Positions 48,472 through 59,558 are shown, numbered from the stretch's first letter. The stretch: DNA of 64,000 nucleotides from Campylobacterota bacterium (GCA_003643835.1 QMKX01000002.1:24193-88192), one strand, 5' to 3'. The notes: generated by a model from the letters alone, not told the origin. Program-made: numbers and translations.

Positions 48472-49298
48472 TGGCAAAAATAAAAGTTTTAGAGCAAGAT
48501 ATCACAATCATACAGCAAAACAAAGAAGACTATATATCTTTGACTGATATTGCAAATAGTAAAGATGGTGAACAAAGAGCAGCAGATATTATAAAAAATT
48601 GGATTAGAAATAGAGGAACCTTAGAGTTTATAGGTACTTGGGAGAAAATGTATAATTTTGATTTTAAAGTGGTCGAATTTGACCACTTTAAAATGTCTGC
48701 TGGTTTGCCATCTTTTGTATTAAGTCCTGGAAAGTGGATTGAGAAAACAAATGCCAAGGGTCTAATAGTAAAAGCTGGAAGATATGGGGGAACTTATGTG
48801 CATAAAGATATAGCTTTTGAATTTGCATCAGCTATTAACCCTGTATTTAAGCTGTATCTGATCAAAGAGTTTCAAAGGCTAAAAGAAGAGGAACTCAGAC
48901 AGCTCGGTTGGGATATAAAAAGAAATCTCACAAAAATAAATTATAGAATTCATACTAATGCTATCAAAGAAAATCTCATTCCAAAAAGTTTAATACCACA
49001 ACAAATAAGTTTTATATATGCAAGCGAAGCAGATGTTTTAAATGTAGCACTATTTGGAACAACAGCAAAACAATGGAGAGACAACAATCCTAAAAATAAG
49101 GGCAATATAAGAGATGAAGCAAATGTATATCAGCTTGTATGTTTGGCAAATCTAGAGTCGCTAAATGCCCATCTTGTCAGTGAGGGGATGTCTCAATCTA
49201 CAAGAATAGTTAAGCTAAACCAGGTTGCCATATCTCAGATACAAATACTTTTAAAAGATAAAAATATCAAGAAGTTAGATTTGATAGGAAGTGATTAA
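48471..49298 (+). CDS. KilA-N domain-containing protein
   Basis: N-terminus ISLTDIANSK...IKNWIRNRGTLEFIGTWE...GGTYVHKDIAFEFASAINPVFKLYLIKEF matches the KilA-N DNA-binding domain pattern. Confidence 0.7.
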   Translation: MAKIKVLEQDITIIQQNKEDYISLTDIANSKDGEQRAADIIKNWIRNRGTLEFIGTWEKMYNFDFKVVEFDHFKMSAGLPSFVLSPGKWIEKTNAKGLIVKAGRYGGTYVHKDIAFEFASAINPVFKLYLIKEFQRLKEEELRQLGWDIKRNLTKINYRIHTNAIKENLIPKSLIPQQISFIYASEADVLNVALFGTTAKQWRDNNPKNKGNIRDEANVYQLVCLANLESLNAHLVSEGMSQSTRIVKLNQVAISQIQILLKDKNIKKLDLIGSD

Positions 49299-49403
49299 AT
49301 GAAAATACAATTTGAAAGTAGTTTAAAATATAAAAACAATGCCATAATCTCAATATTAAATATATTTAAAGGACAAGAAATATGTCAAAAACAAAAGTCC
49401 TAG
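49299..49403 (+). pseudogene. Second type III Res N-terminal stub (34 codons)
   Basis: MKIQFESSLKYKNNAIISILNIFKGQE then stop. About 80 percent identical at the DNA level to 48002-48076; the first 22 nt are identical. Confidence 0.5.
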
Positions 49404-49411
49404 ATACAACT

Positions 49412-50066
49412 ATGCAAGAGTTTCCAAATTTTGTGATATTTAAGATAAACAAGTCAAAGATAAATATAGATGTGCTTTTTGAAGATGAAACACTGTGGCT
49501 AACACAAAAAAAAGATAGCAGAACTTTTCGAGACAACACCACAAAATATCACCTCTCATCTAAAAAATATCTACAAAGAGCAAGAACTTTTAGAGCATAC
49601 AACTTGTAAGGATTTTTTACAAGTTCAAAAAGAGGGTGACAGACAAGTCAGACGAAAAAGTAAGTATTATGCCCTACAGGCTATCACGGCTGTAGGTTAT
49701 AAAGTAAATTCTCATCGGGCGACAGAGTTTCGAAAATGGGCTACAGGTATATTGAGTGAATATATCATCAAAGGTTTTGCCATGGATGATGAGAGACTGA
49801 AGAGGGTTCATCATTTTGGTATAGATTATTTTGATGAGCAGTTGGAGCGAATACGAGAGATACGATTAAGTGAGAGAATATTTTATCAAAAAATCACAGA
49901 TATTTATGCCTTGAGTGCCTATTATGACAAAAATAGTCTCACAACTCAACAGTTTTGTGCAACTGTTTAGAACAAAATGCATTGGGCAATATGTGGCAAA
50001 ACTGCTGCTGATATAAATTTTGTCCAAGCAGATACTTTTGACAATTTGAAAGAAAATTTTGGTTGA
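49412..50066 (+). pseudogene. RhuM-family gene remnant (frameshift, in-frame stop, 3' truncation)
   Basis: After a +1 shift at A8 (49506-49513) it reads ETLWLTQKK|IAELFETTPQNITSHLKNIYKEQELLEHTTCKDFLQVQKEGDRQVRRKSKYYALQAITAVGYKVNSHRATEFRKWATGILSEYIIKGFAMDDERLK. TAG at 49968-49970 interrupts ATV*NKMHWAICGKTAA, and the sequence ends prematurely. Confidence 0.7.
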
Positions 50067-50109
50067 CTTTATTCGCCTTTAGATATTATTTAACTTCTTT
50101 TTGAATTGA

Positions 50110-50712
50110 TTATTTTACACCTGTCAATAAAAATATAGCATAATCCCCATAAGGTTTTTTTGCTACACTTACTGTTTGTATGGCAACATTTTTAAAGCCC
50201 ACTTGTTTTGTGAGTTTTTGTATCTCTTTTTTGTCAAAACCAAAATGAAACACGCCAGTATCTTCTGTATGAAAACTTCCATCTTCTGTTTCTAAATCAG
50301 CTAAAGCTATAGCTCCATTTTTATTTAACATATCATAAAAATCGTTCAAGAGTTTTTTTGTGTCTTTTATATGGTGTATAGTCATAGATGATATGATAGC
50401 GTCAAATTTTTGTTTTGGTTTCTCTTTTGATAAATCTATTTGTAATATATCTAACTCACAACCTATCATATCTTTTTTATTTTTGAGTTGTTCGTTCATA
50501 GATGGTGACATATCAACTGCTGTGATTTTTTTCACAAATGGTGCGATTTGTTCCAACAACAAACCAGTTCCTGAACCAAAATCCATAATCTCCATTGAGT
50601 TATTGAAGTTTATACTTTTTGTTATAGCTCTGGCTATATTTTTGACATTTTGAACTCTGTTTTTGTTTTGTTCGTACTTGCTTGCTTTGTGCGAAAATAG
50701 GTCTTTTTTCAT
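50110..50712 (-). CDS. Class I SAM-dependent methyltransferase
   Basis: Motif I IMDFGSGTGLL; 200 aa. Confidence 0.8.
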   Translation of the reverse strand: MKKDLFSHKASKYEQNKNRVQNVKNIARAITKSINFNNSMEIMDFGSGTGLLLEQIAPFVKKITAVDMSPSMNEQLKNKKDMIGCELDILQIDLSKEKPKQKFDAIISSMTIHHIKDTKKLLNDFYDMLNKNGAIALADLETEDGSFHTEDTGVFHFGFDKKEIQKLTKQVGFKNVAIQTVSVAKKPYGDYAIFLLTGVK

Positions 50713-50788
50713 CTTAAATACTCCTTTATTTACACTGCACTATAACAAATGTATCTTAAAAATTGTTCAAAGCATATTTAGGCACAAA

Positions 50789-50818
50789 GTTTAAAACTAT
50801 TTTGTTATAATTTTAAAC
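50789..50818 (+). promoter_or_regulatory. prpE promoter region: extended -10 TGtTATAAT (50803-50811) bracketed by an 8-bp inverted repeat GTTTAAAA/TTTTAAAC
   Basis: Read directly from the sequence, 30 nt upstream of the prpE ATG. The inverted repeat could be an operator. Confidence 0.4.
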
Positions 50819-50840
50819 ATACAAAATCAAAGGAGATAAA

Positions 50841-52745
50841 ATGAAAAAGTTATATGACGAAGTTTATAAAGAATCTATAGAAAATCCAGAAAAATTTTGG
50901 GCAAATGAAGCCAATAAAATTCACTGGTATCAAAAGTGGGACAAAGTGCTTGATATCGTAGATGGTCACTATAGATGGTTTGTAGGTGGCAAGATGAACA
51001 CTTGCTACAATGCTTTGGATATCCATATAGATCAAGGACGAGGTGGCGAAAATGCTCTCATATATGACTCCCCTGTGACAAATACAAAAAAGATTTACAC
51101 TTACTATGAGTTGAGAGATGAAGTAGCAAAAACAGCAGGAATGTTAGCTAACAAAGGTGTCAAAAAAGGTGATACTGTTGTCATATATATGCCTATGATT
51201 CCTCAAGCGGTTACTGCTATGCTTGCATGTGCACGAATAGGAGCAATTCACTCTGTGGTATTTGGTGGTTTTGCAGCAAATGAATTAGCCATAAGAATAA
51301 ACGATGCCAAACCAGATGTGATATTAAGTGCCAGTTGTGGTATAGAGGTCGCTAAAGTGATACAATACAAACCACTACTCGATGAAGCTATCAAGCTATC
51401 AACACACAAGCCTACAACTTGTTTTATATACCAAAGAGAACAATATGTAGCCGATATGACAACCGATAGAGATGTGGACTGGCTACAAGAGATGACAAAA
51501 ACCAAAGCCGTTGATTGTGTGCCAGTAGATGCTATTGATCCTCTTTATATTTTGTATACCTCTGGCACCACTGGCACACCAAAAGGTGTCATAAGAAGCA
51601 ATGGTGGGCATTGTGTAGCTATGAAGTGGTCTATGGACAATGTCTACAATGCAAAAACAGGCGATGTGTATTGGGCGGCTAGTGATGTAGGCTGGGTAGT
51701 AGGACATTCATATATAGTATATGGACCACTTATTGGTGGGTGTGCTACTATGATATATGAAGGTAAACCAGTTCGCACACCAGATCCTGGGGCATTTTGG
51801 CGAGTATGCGAAGAGTATAAAGTCAACCAACTATTTGCAGCTCCAACTGCATTTCGAGCTATAAGACGAGAGGACCCAGAAGGTGAGTGGGCAAAAAAAT
51901 ATGATCTAAGTAGTTTGAAAACTATATTCGTAGCAGGTGAGAGATGCGATAGTCCTACTTTACACTGGACAAAAAAAATAACCAGCAAAGATGTTATGGA
52001 CCACTGGTGGCAAACAGAAACAGGTTGGGCTATTGTAGCTAATCCTATCGGGCTTGAGCCTATGGAGGTAAAACCGGGAAGTCCTACAAAAGCTATGCCC
52101 GGGTTTAACCTACAGGTTCTTGATGCAGACGGCAAAGAGTGTGAAGCAGGAACCTTGGGCAATCTTGTGCTTAAACTTCCTTTGCCGCCGAGTTGTCTTA
52201 TGGGAATTTGGCAAAATGACACAAGATACAAACGCTCGTATTTGGAATTTTATGATGGGTATTATCTCACTGGTGATTCTGGATATATAGACAAAGATGA
52301 TTATGTGTGGGTCATGGGACGAATGGACGGTGTCATCAATGTAGCAGGACACAGGTTATCAACTGGAGAGATGGAAGAGGTTGTAGCCAAACATCCAGAT
52401 ATAGCAGAGTGTGCGGTTATTGGTATAGACGATCAACTCAAAGGTGAACAACCTATGGGATTTGTCGTGCTGAAAGAGGGAGCTACCATAGACGATGAAA
52501 CACTCATCAAAGATGTAGTTCAACTTGTAAGAAAAGAGATAGGACCAGTTGCTTGCTTCAAAATAGCAACAGTAGTAGATAAGCTGCCAAAAACAAGAAG
52601 TGGCAAAATCTTGCGAGGTACCATGAGAAGTATGGCAGATGGCAAGCAGTGGAATATGCCTTCTACTATAGAAGATAAAACAGTGTTACCAGACATAGAA
52701 AAATCTATCAATGATTTAGGTTTTCCTATCAAAAACAAAGGATAA
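50841..52745 (+). CDS. prpE: Propionate--CoA ligase (acyl-CoA synthetase family)
   Basis: AMP-binding motif [11 protein letters not shown]; 634 aa. The N-terminal SIENPEKFW pattern and the operon context with prpBC support the call. Confidence 0.8.
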   Translation: MKKLYDEVYKESIENPEKFWANEANKIHWYQKWDKVLDIVDGHYRWFVGGKMNTCYNALDIHIDQGRGGENALIYDSPVTNTKKIYTYYELRDEVAKTAGMLANKGVKKGDTVVIYMPMIPQAVTAMLACARIGAIHSVVFGGFAANELAIRINDAKPDVILSASCGIEVAKVIQYKPLLDEAIKLSTHKPTTCFIYQREQYVADMTTDRDVDWLQEMTKTKAVDCVPVDAIDPLYILYTSGTTGTPKGVIRSNGGHCVAMKWSMDNVYNAKTGDVYWAASDVGWVVGHSYIVYGPLIGGCATMIYEGKPVRTPDPGAFWRVCEEYKVNQLFAAPTAFRAIRREDPEGEWAKKYDLSSLKTIFVAGERCDSPTLHWTKKITSKDVMDHWWQTETGWAIVANPIGLEPMEVKPGSPTKAMPGFNLQVLDADGKECEAGTLGNLVLKLPLPPSCLMGIWQNDTRYKRSYLEFYDGYYLTGDSGYIDKDDYVWVMGRMDGVINVAGHRLSTGEMEEVVAKHPDIAECAVIGIDDQLKGEQPMGFVVLKEGATIDDETLIKDVVQLVRKEIGPVACFKIATVVDKLPKTRSGKILRGTMRSMADGKQWNMPSTIEDKTVLPDIEKSINDLGFPIKNKG

Positions 52746-52749
52746 ATTT

Positions 52750-53637
52750 ATGAGTGCAGGAAAAAAATTTAGAAATGAATTACAAAAAAACAAACCTTTG
52801 CAAATACTGGGTGTGATAAACGCATATAGTGCGATACAAGCTAAAAAAGCAGGAGCCAAAGCTATATATTTATCAGGTGCTGGAGTGGCAAATGCTAGTT
52901 ATGGTTTGCCTGATTTGGGTATGACTATGTTAGAAGATGTCTGTATAGACATAAGACGAATCACAAGCAGAAGCGATGTGCCACTTTTGGTCGATGCTGA
53001 CACTGGTTGGGGTGGGGCTTTTAATATAGCGCGAACAGTCAAAGAGATGACCAAAGCAGGAGCAGCAGGGTGTCATATAGAGGATCAAGTTGCTACTAAA
53101 AGATGTGGCCACAGACCAAACAAGGAGCTTGTATCAAAACAAGAGATGTGTGATAGGATAAAAGCAGCAGTTGATGCAAAAACTGATATGGATTTTATAG
53201 TTATGGCACGAACAGATGCACATGCAAGTTTAGGACAAAAAGAAGCCTTGGATAGAGCGAAAGCATATGTCAAAGCAGGTGCTGATATGATCTTCGCTGA
53301 AGCTATACACAGCTTAAAAGAATATAAGGAATTCACCAAACAAATAGATGTGCCGGTGCTTGCAAATATCACAGAGTTTGGAGCTACTCCTATGTTCACG
53401 GTTGATGAGCTTAAAAGTGTAGGTATCTCTATGGTTTTGTATCCGCTGTCTGGATTTAGAGCTATGAACAAAGCGGCTTTAGATGTATTTGAAACTATTT
53501 TAAAAAAAGGCACACAATCAAGTGTCTTGGATACTATGCAAACAAGAGTCCAACTATATGAGATGCTGGATTATCACTCATATGAAGAAAAATTAGATAA
53601 ACTTTTTTCGCAAACAAAGGAGCATAAAAATGCATAA
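52750..53637 (+). CDS. prpB: 2-methylisocitrate lyase
   Basis: [10 protein letters not shown] and [13 protein letters not shown] motifs. Confidence 0.9.
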   Translation: MSAGKKFRNELQKNKPLQILGVINAYSAIQAKKAGAKAIYLSGAGVANASYGLPDLGMTMLEDVCIDIRRITSRSDVPLLVDADTGWGGAFNIARTVKEMTKAGAAGCHIEDQVATKRCGHRPNKELVSKQEMCDRIKAAVDAKTDMDFIVMARTDAHASLGQKEALDRAKAYVKAGADMIFAEAIHSLKEYKEFTKQIDVPVLANITEFGATPMFTVDELKSVGISMVLYPLSGFRAMNKAALDVFETILKKGTQSSVLDTMQTRVQLYEMLDYHSYEEKLDKLFSQTKEHKNA

Positions 53638-54781
53638 CACACAAACAATAAGAAAGCCAAAAAAATCAGTAGCATTATCTGGCATGACTGCTGGAAACAC
53701 AGCTATATGCACCGTTGGAATCAATGGCAACGACCTGCACTACAGAGGTTATGATATATTAGAGTTTGCTACACAAGCCCAATTTGAAGAGATAGCATAT
53801 CTGCTCATATATGAAAAACTACCAAACAAAAAAGAGTTAGAAAACTACAAAAAAAGACTTCGTTCATATAGAGATATACCAAATGCTGTAAAAACTGCAC
53901 TAGAACAACTACCGAAAAAGACAAACCCTATGGATGTCATGAGAACTGGGTGTTCTATGTTAGGGTGTATAGAACCAGAGGACAAAGACCTCAACAAACC
54001 AAAAGCACAACAAATAACAGATAGACTTTTATCATCATTTGGGTCAATTTTATTGTATTGGTATCATTATAGCCACAACAATAAAAAAATTGATTTAGTG
54101 ACAGATGACGATACAATAGCTGGGCATTTTTTGCATCTTTTGCACCAAAAGCCTCCACGCCAATCATGGATAGATGCTATGCATGTATCATTGATACTGT
54201 ATGCAGAACATGAGTTTAACGCTTCCACATTTACTTCGCGTGTAATATCAAGCACATTGTCTGATATATATTCGTGTATGGCTGGAGGCATAGGGGCTTT
54301 AAGAGGTCCAAAACACGGCGGAGCAAATGAAGAAGCATGTAAAATACAGCAAAGATATAGCTCCTCTCAAGAGGCCGAAAAAGATATAAAACAAAGAATG
54401 GCAAACAAAGAGATAATCATAGGGTTTGGGCACCCTGTATATACTACAAGCGATCCACGAAATGTAGTCATAAAAAAGGTTGCCAGGGAGTTATCAGTCG
54501 AAAACAACAATACACTTATGTATGATGTAGCCAAAGAGCTCGAAACAGTTATGTGGCATGAGAAAAAAATGTTTCCGAATCTTGACTGGTTTTCTGCTGT
54601 TTCATACAACCAAATGCATATACCGACAGAGCTTTTCACTCCTATATTTGTGATAGCAAGAACAACAGGTTGGGGAGCACATGTCATAGAACAAAGAGAA
54701 GATGGCAAAATAATACGGCCATCGGCTATGTATGTAGGTGAAGAGAACTTAAAATTCGTTCCGCTTGACAAAAGAGATTAA
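53630..54781 (+). CDS. prpC: 2-methylcitrate synthase (citrate synthase family)
   Basis: [13 protein letters not shown] and HEFNASTF motifs. Confidence 0.9.
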   Translation: MHNTQTIRKPKKSVALSGMTAGNTAICTVGINGNDLHYRGYDILEFATQAQFEEIAYLLIYEKLPNKKELENYKKRLRSYRDIPNAVKTALEQLPKKTNPMDVMRTGCSMLGCIEPEDKDLNKPKAQQITDRLLSSFGSILLYWYHYSHNNKKIDLVTDDDTIAGHFLHLLHQKPPRQSWIDAMHVSLILYAEHEFNASTFTSRVISSTLSDIYSCMAGGIGALRGPKHGGANEEACKIQQRYSSSQEAEKDIKQRMANKEIIIGFGHPVYTTSDPRNVVIKKVARELSVENNNTLMYDVAKELETVMWHEKKMFPNLDWFSAVSYNQMHIPTELFTPIFVIARTTGWGAHVIEQREDGKIIRPSAMYVGEENLKFVPLDKRD

Positions 54782-54782
54782 A

Positions 54783-57371
54783 ATGGCGAGCAGTTATTTA
54801 AAACAATTAAAAGGTTTGGATTTAAACTATTTTGATATAAAGCAAGCGGTTGAAGATATAAAAAAGGGCTCATTTGAGAAACTTAACTATACTTCAAGGG
54901 TATTAGCAGAAAATCTCATACGAAAAACAAAAGGCGATGAACAAAAAGAGTCATTGATACAGCTTATAGAACAAAAAACAGACAAAGACTTTCCTTGGTA
55001 TCCAAGTCGTGTAGTAACTCACGATATATTAGGTCTTACTGCTTTGGTTGATCTTGCTGGTTTGCGAGAAGCTATAGCCAAACAAGGCGGAGACCCTACA
55101 AAAGTAAATCCAGTAGTTCCAACACAACTGATAGTTGACCACTCTTTAGCGGTTGAGTGCGGAGGGTCGGATGAACATGCTTTTACAAAAAATAGAGAGA
55201 TAGAAGATAGACGAAATGCGGATAGATTTCATTTTATCAACTGGACCAAAGAAGCATTTGACAATGTAGATGTGATACCACCGGGCAATGGTATTATGCA
55301 CCAGATAAACTTAGAAAAGATGTCACCTATCATACATATAAGCGATGGTATAGCTTTCATTGATACACTCGTAGGCACAGACTCACACACGCCTCATGTA
55401 GATGCTCTTGGTGTTTTAGGTATTGGTGTAGGAGGTTTGGAAGCAGAAAATGTGATGCTGGGTAATCCTTCTTATATGAGGTTGCCAGAGATAATCGGTG
55501 TAGAGATAAAAGGCAAAAGAGATGATGGCATAACAGCTACAGATATAGCTTTGACTTTGACTTCATTTTTGCGACAAAACGATGTCATATCGGCATTTTT
55601 AGAGTTCTTTGGTGAAGGTTTGTCGTATTTAAGTTTAGCAGATAGGGCTACTATATCAAATATGACACCAGAATATGGTGCGAGTGCGGCTATGTTTGCT
55701 ATAGATGAGCAAACATTGAATTATCTTAAATTGACAGGGCGAGACAGCAAACAGATACAAATAGTAGAAAATTATGCGAAAGCAAATGGCCTATGGCATA
55801 GCTCTTTGAAAAATGCTACATATATAAGAACACTTGAGTTTGATCTCTCGAGTGTCAAAAGGTCGCTTGCTGGTCCATCAAAACCACATCATCTATTGCC
55901 AGTAGATGAGCTTGTCAAACAAAACATAGTCAAAAATTATGAAACGGAACCAAACAAGATGCCTGATGGTGCTGTGCTTATAGCTGCTATAACATCATGC
56001 ACCAATACCTCAAATCCAGCAAATGTAGTATCTGCTGGATTGTTAGCAAGAAATGCAAATAGATTAGGTTTAGTTTCAAAGCCTTGGGTTAAGACATCGT
56101 TGGCACCTGGCTCTAAAGTAGTAGAACTATATCTAAAAGAAGCAAATCTTTTAGGTGAATTGGAAAAACTGGGGTTTGGAATAGTTGGTTTTGCGTGCAC
56201 AACTTGCAACGGTATGAGCGGAGCACTTGATGAAGATATACAAAAAGAGGTGATAGAAAATGATATATACACAACCGCCGTGCTATCGGGCAACAGAAAC
56301 TTCGATGGACGAATTCACCCATATGTAAAAGAGGCATTTTTGTCATCTCCTGCTTTGGTTGTAGCATATGCTATAGCTGGAAGCATACGATTTGATATAG
56401 AAAATCAAGCATTGGGTGTAGATAAACAAGGACAAAAAATATATCTCAAAGATATTTGGCCAAACGATGATGAGATAGAAAAGATAGTGCAACAGTGTGT
56501 CAAACCACAAATGTTTGAAGATGTTTATGAACCTATGTTTGCTAAAACTACTACAGACAGCATAAAGATATCACCATTTTATAACTGGAACACAAAAAGT
56601 ACATATATAAACAACCCACCATATTGGGATGAAAAGTTTATGAGCAAACCAGCTTTGACAAATATGCGACCACTGGGTCTGTTTGGCGACAATATCACTA
56701 CAGACCATTTGTCACCATCAAATGCCATAGTTTTAAATTCAGCAGCCGGTGAGTATTGTCAGAAGATGGGATTGCCGCAAGTTGATTTTAACTCATATGC
56801 CACACATAGAGGCGACCACAACACAGCCCAAAGAGCAACACTAGCAAATCCAAAACTATACAATGAGATGGTCAAAGACGAAAATGGCAACATAATACAA
56901 GGTTCACTTACTACTATTATGCCCCAAAATAAACAAAGCAGAATGTGGGAAGCTATAGAGACATATATGAGTAGAAAACAACCGCTTATCATAATAGCAG
57001 GGACAAATTATGGGCAAGGAAGCTCACGAGATTGGGCTGCAAAAGGTGTGAGATTGGCTGGTGTGGAAGTAGTCGTAGCTAAAAGTATAGAGAGAATTCA
57101 CCGCACAAACTTAGTAGGTATGGGTGTGTTGCCTTTACAATTTCAAAAAGATGATACAAAAGAAACATACGATATAGATGGTAGTGAAACTTATGAAGTG
57201 ATTGGTGATATCAAACCGGAAGCTATGTTGGAACTTGTCATGACTAGAAAAGATGGTGAGGTCATAACTATACCTGTGATTTGTAGGTTAGATACTGATG
57301 CTGAAGTTGAAGTATATCTATCTGGGGGGATTTTACAAAAATTTGCAAAAGATTTTGTAAAAAATACATAA
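54783..57371 (+). CDS. acnD: Fe/S-dependent 2-methylisocitrate dehydratase AcnD (aconitase family)
   Basis: ~860 aa aconitase with TDSHTP, ITSCTNTSNP, CTTCNGMSG cluster ligands, immediately followed by prpF. Confidence 0.9.
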   Translation: MASSYLKQLKGLDLNYFDIKQAVEDIKKGSFEKLNYTSRVLAENLIRKTKGDEQKESLIQLIEQKTDKDFPWYPSRVVTHDILGLTALVDLAGLREAIAKQGGDPTKVNPVVPTQLIVDHSLAVECGGSDEHAFTKNREIEDRRNADRFHFINWTKEAFDNVDVIPPGNGIMHQINLEKMSPIIHISDGIAFIDTLVGTDSHTPHVDALGVLGIGVGGLEAENVMLGNPSYMRLPEIIGVEIKGKRDDGITATDIALTLTSFLRQNDVISAFLEFFGEGLSYLSLADRATISNMTPEYGASAAMFAIDEQTLNYLKLTGRDSKQIQIVENYAKANGLWHSSLKNATYIRTLEFDLSSVKRSLAGPSKPHHLLPVDELVKQNIVKNYETEPNKMPDGAVLIAAITSCTNTSNPANVVSAGLLARNANRLGLVSKPWVKTSLAPGSKVVELYLKEANLLGELEKLGFGIVGFACTTCNGMSGALDEDIQKEVIENDIYTTAVLSGNRNFDGRIHPYVKEAFLSSPALVVAYAIAGSIRFDIENQALGVDKQGQKIYLKDIWPNDDEIEKIVQQCVKPQMFEDVYEPMFAKTTTDSIKISPFYNWNTKSTYINNPPYWDEKFMSKPALTNMRPLGLFGDNITTDHLSPSNAIVLNSAAGEYCQKMGLPQVDFNSYATHRGDHNTAQRATLANPKLYNEMVKDENGNIIQGSLTTIMPQNKQSRMWEAIETYMSRKQPLIIIAGTNYGQGSSRDWAAKGVRLAGVEVVVAKSIERIHRTNLVGMGVLPLQFQKDDTKETYDIDGSETYEVIGDIKPEAMLELVMTRKDGEVITIPVICRLDTDAEVEVYLSGGILQKFAKDFVKNT

Positions 57372-57374
57372 GTC

Positions 57375-58550
57375 ATGAAACACACACAACAAACAACAAT
57401 AAAAGCAACATATATGCGAGGTGGCACAAGCAAGGGCTTGTTTTTTTGTATTGATGATTTGCCAAAAGAAGTGGGGCAAAACAAAATACTACAAGACAAA
57501 ATACTTATGCGAATAGTAGGAAGCCCTGACCCATATGGCAAACAGATAGACGGCATGGGAGCTGCGACTTCAAGCACAAGCAAGGTAGTGATAGTAGGTA
57601 AAAGCTCTCAACCAGAGCATGATGTGGATTATTATTTCGGGCAAGTATCTATAGACAAACCTTTTATAGACTGGAGTGGTAATTGTGGCAACTTATCGTC
57701 AGCAGTTGGACCATTTGCTATCACAAGTGGCTTGATAGATAAAAACAATTTAAAAAAAGATGGTATAGTCAAGATACGAATATGGCAAGCAAATATCAAA
57801 AAAACAATCCTATCATATGTCAAGATGAAAGACGGACAAGTTCAAGAGATAGGAGACTATTATATTGATGGTGTGGCATTTGGGGCACCAGAGATAAAAC
57901 TGGAGTTTGTTCGTCCTGTTGATCCTACCGAAGCTTTGTTTCCAACTGGCAACTTAGTGGACAAGATAGAAGTGCCAAATATAGGAGTATTTGAAACTAC
58001 TATGATAACTGCTGGCATACCTACTGTGTTTTTATACGCAGATAGTTTAGGATATAAAGGCACTGAACTACAAGAGCATATCAATCAAGACAAAGAGGCG
58101 CTCAAAAAATTTGAAACTATAAGAGCATATGCCTCACTAAAGATGGGTCTAATAAAAGATATCAAAGAGGCACAAACTTTACAACACACACCAAAGATAG
58201 CATTTGTATCAAAAAAACAAAGCTACACAACCTCAAGTGGCAAACAAATCGCCATAGACGATATAGACCTAAATGTGCGAGCTTTGTCTATGGGACTTTT
58301 ACATCATGCCATGATGGGCACAGCATCAGTGGCTATAGGTGTGGCTGCTTGTATAAAAGGCACTATATTGAACAATTTGTTAGATAAAAAAGATACAGAC
58401 AATATAACTTTTGGACATCCATCTGGGACACTCAAAGTAGGTGCTGTTGTAGAATATGTAGACGGTAAACTTGTAGTTCAAAAAGCCTCTATGAGTAGAA
58501 GTGCGAGAGTTATCATGAGTGGGTATGTGCATATACCACATATAAAATAA
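57375..58550 (+). CDS. prpF: 2-methylaconitate cis-trans isomerase PrpF
   Basis: N-terminal YMRGGTSKGLFF motif, 391 aa, paired with acnD. Confidence 0.85.
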   Translation: MKHTQQTTIKATYMRGGTSKGLFFCIDDLPKEVGQNKILQDKILMRIVGSPDPYGKQIDGMGAATSSTSKVVIVGKSSQPEHDVDYYFGQVSIDKPFIDWSGNCGNLSSAVGPFAITSGLIDKNNLKKDGIVKIRIWQANIKKTILSYVKMKDGQVQEIGDYYIDGVAFGAPEIKLEFVRPVDPTEALFPTGNLVDKIEVPNIGVFETTMITAGIPTVFLYADSLGYKGTELQEHINQDKEALKKFETIRAYASLKMGLIKDIKEAQTLQHTPKIAFVSKKQSYTTSSGKQIAIDDIDLNVRALSMGLLHHAMMGTASVAIGVAACIKGTILNNLLDKKDTDNITFGHPSGTLKVGAVVEYVDGKLVVQKASMSRSARVIMSGYVHIPHIK

Positions 58551-58559
58551 AGGAAAACT

Positions 58560-59558
58560 ATGAAAAATGACAAGATGAAAGCATATGTAGTGGAACAAGT
58601 CGAACCAAAAAAATTTATAAGTTCAATTCAAGAAGTAGATATACCAACCATAACACAAGATGAAGTTTTGATATGCTCATCGCACTCATCGCTTAATTAT
58701 AAAGATGCTTTAAGCTCAGTTGGCAACCCAGGTGTATCGAGAAATTTTCCGCATATCACTGGTATAGATGTAGCTGGAACCATAACACAAACAAACTCCA
58801 AAGAGTTTAACATAGGCGACAAAGTGGTCGTAACTGGTTATGATTTGGGTATGAATACAAAAGGTGGTCATAGTCAATATGTCAAAGTGCCAGCCGCTTG
58901 GGTAGTCAAGCTTCCTGATGGTTTATCACAAAAACAAAGTATGATATATGGCACAGCTGGTTTCACGGCATCGTTATGTGTAGATGCCTTACTTGCCAAT
59001 GGCATCAAAAATGGCAAGATATTGGTCTCTGGTGCTACAGGTGGAGTTGGCAGTATAAGCATAACGATACTTAGTAAGCTTGGCTTTGAACCTATAGCAA
59101 TAACGAGCAAAAAAGAGAAGATACCATTTTTGAAAAGCATAGGTGCTATCGAAGTGCTATTGACAGGTGATATGGACACACAAAATAAAAAGCCGCTTTT
59201 AAGCGAACAATACGATGGTATGATAGACACATTAGGTGGTGATATATTAGCACATAGCTTGAAAGCTATACGATATGATGGAGTAGTGGCTTGTTGTGGT
59301 ATAGCGGCGTCATTTGAACTACACACTACTATGTTTGCTTTTATATTAAGAGCTGTTAAGCTCATAGGTATAGACTCTGTCCAATGCCCCATAGAGAAAA
59401 AAAGAGCGGTTTGGCACAAGATAGCAAGCGAGTTTCGTATAGATGACAATATCTTGGAAAATCTTACTACACACATAGAGTTGGAGGATATCAAACCCAT
59501 ATACGACAAGATGTTAAGTGGTCAAATCACTGGTAGGTATTTAGTCAATATATCGTGA
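58560..59558 (+). CDS. YhdH/AcuI-family MDR oxidoreductase (putative acrylyl-CoA reductase)
   Basis: Medium-chain dehydrogenase fold lacking zinc ligands. VSGATGGVGS nucleotide motif and C-terminal GRYLVNI, as in the YhdH/YhfP family. Confidence 0.7.
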   Translation: MKNDKMKAYVVEQVEPKKFISSIQEVDIPTITQDEVLICSSHSSLNYKDALSSVGNPGVSRNFPHITGIDVAGTITQTNSKEFNIGDKVVVTGYDLGMNTKGGHSQYVKVPAAWVVKLPDGLSQKQSMIYGTAGFTASLCVDALLANGIKNGKILVSGATGGVGSISITILSKLGFEPIAITSKKEKIPFLKSIGAIEVLLTGDMDTQNKKPLLSEQYDGMIDTLGGDILAHSLKAIRYDGVVACCGIAASFELHTTMFAFILRAVKLIGIDSVQCPIEKKRAVWHKIASEFRIDDNILENLTTHIELEDIKPIYDKMLSGQITGRYLVNIS

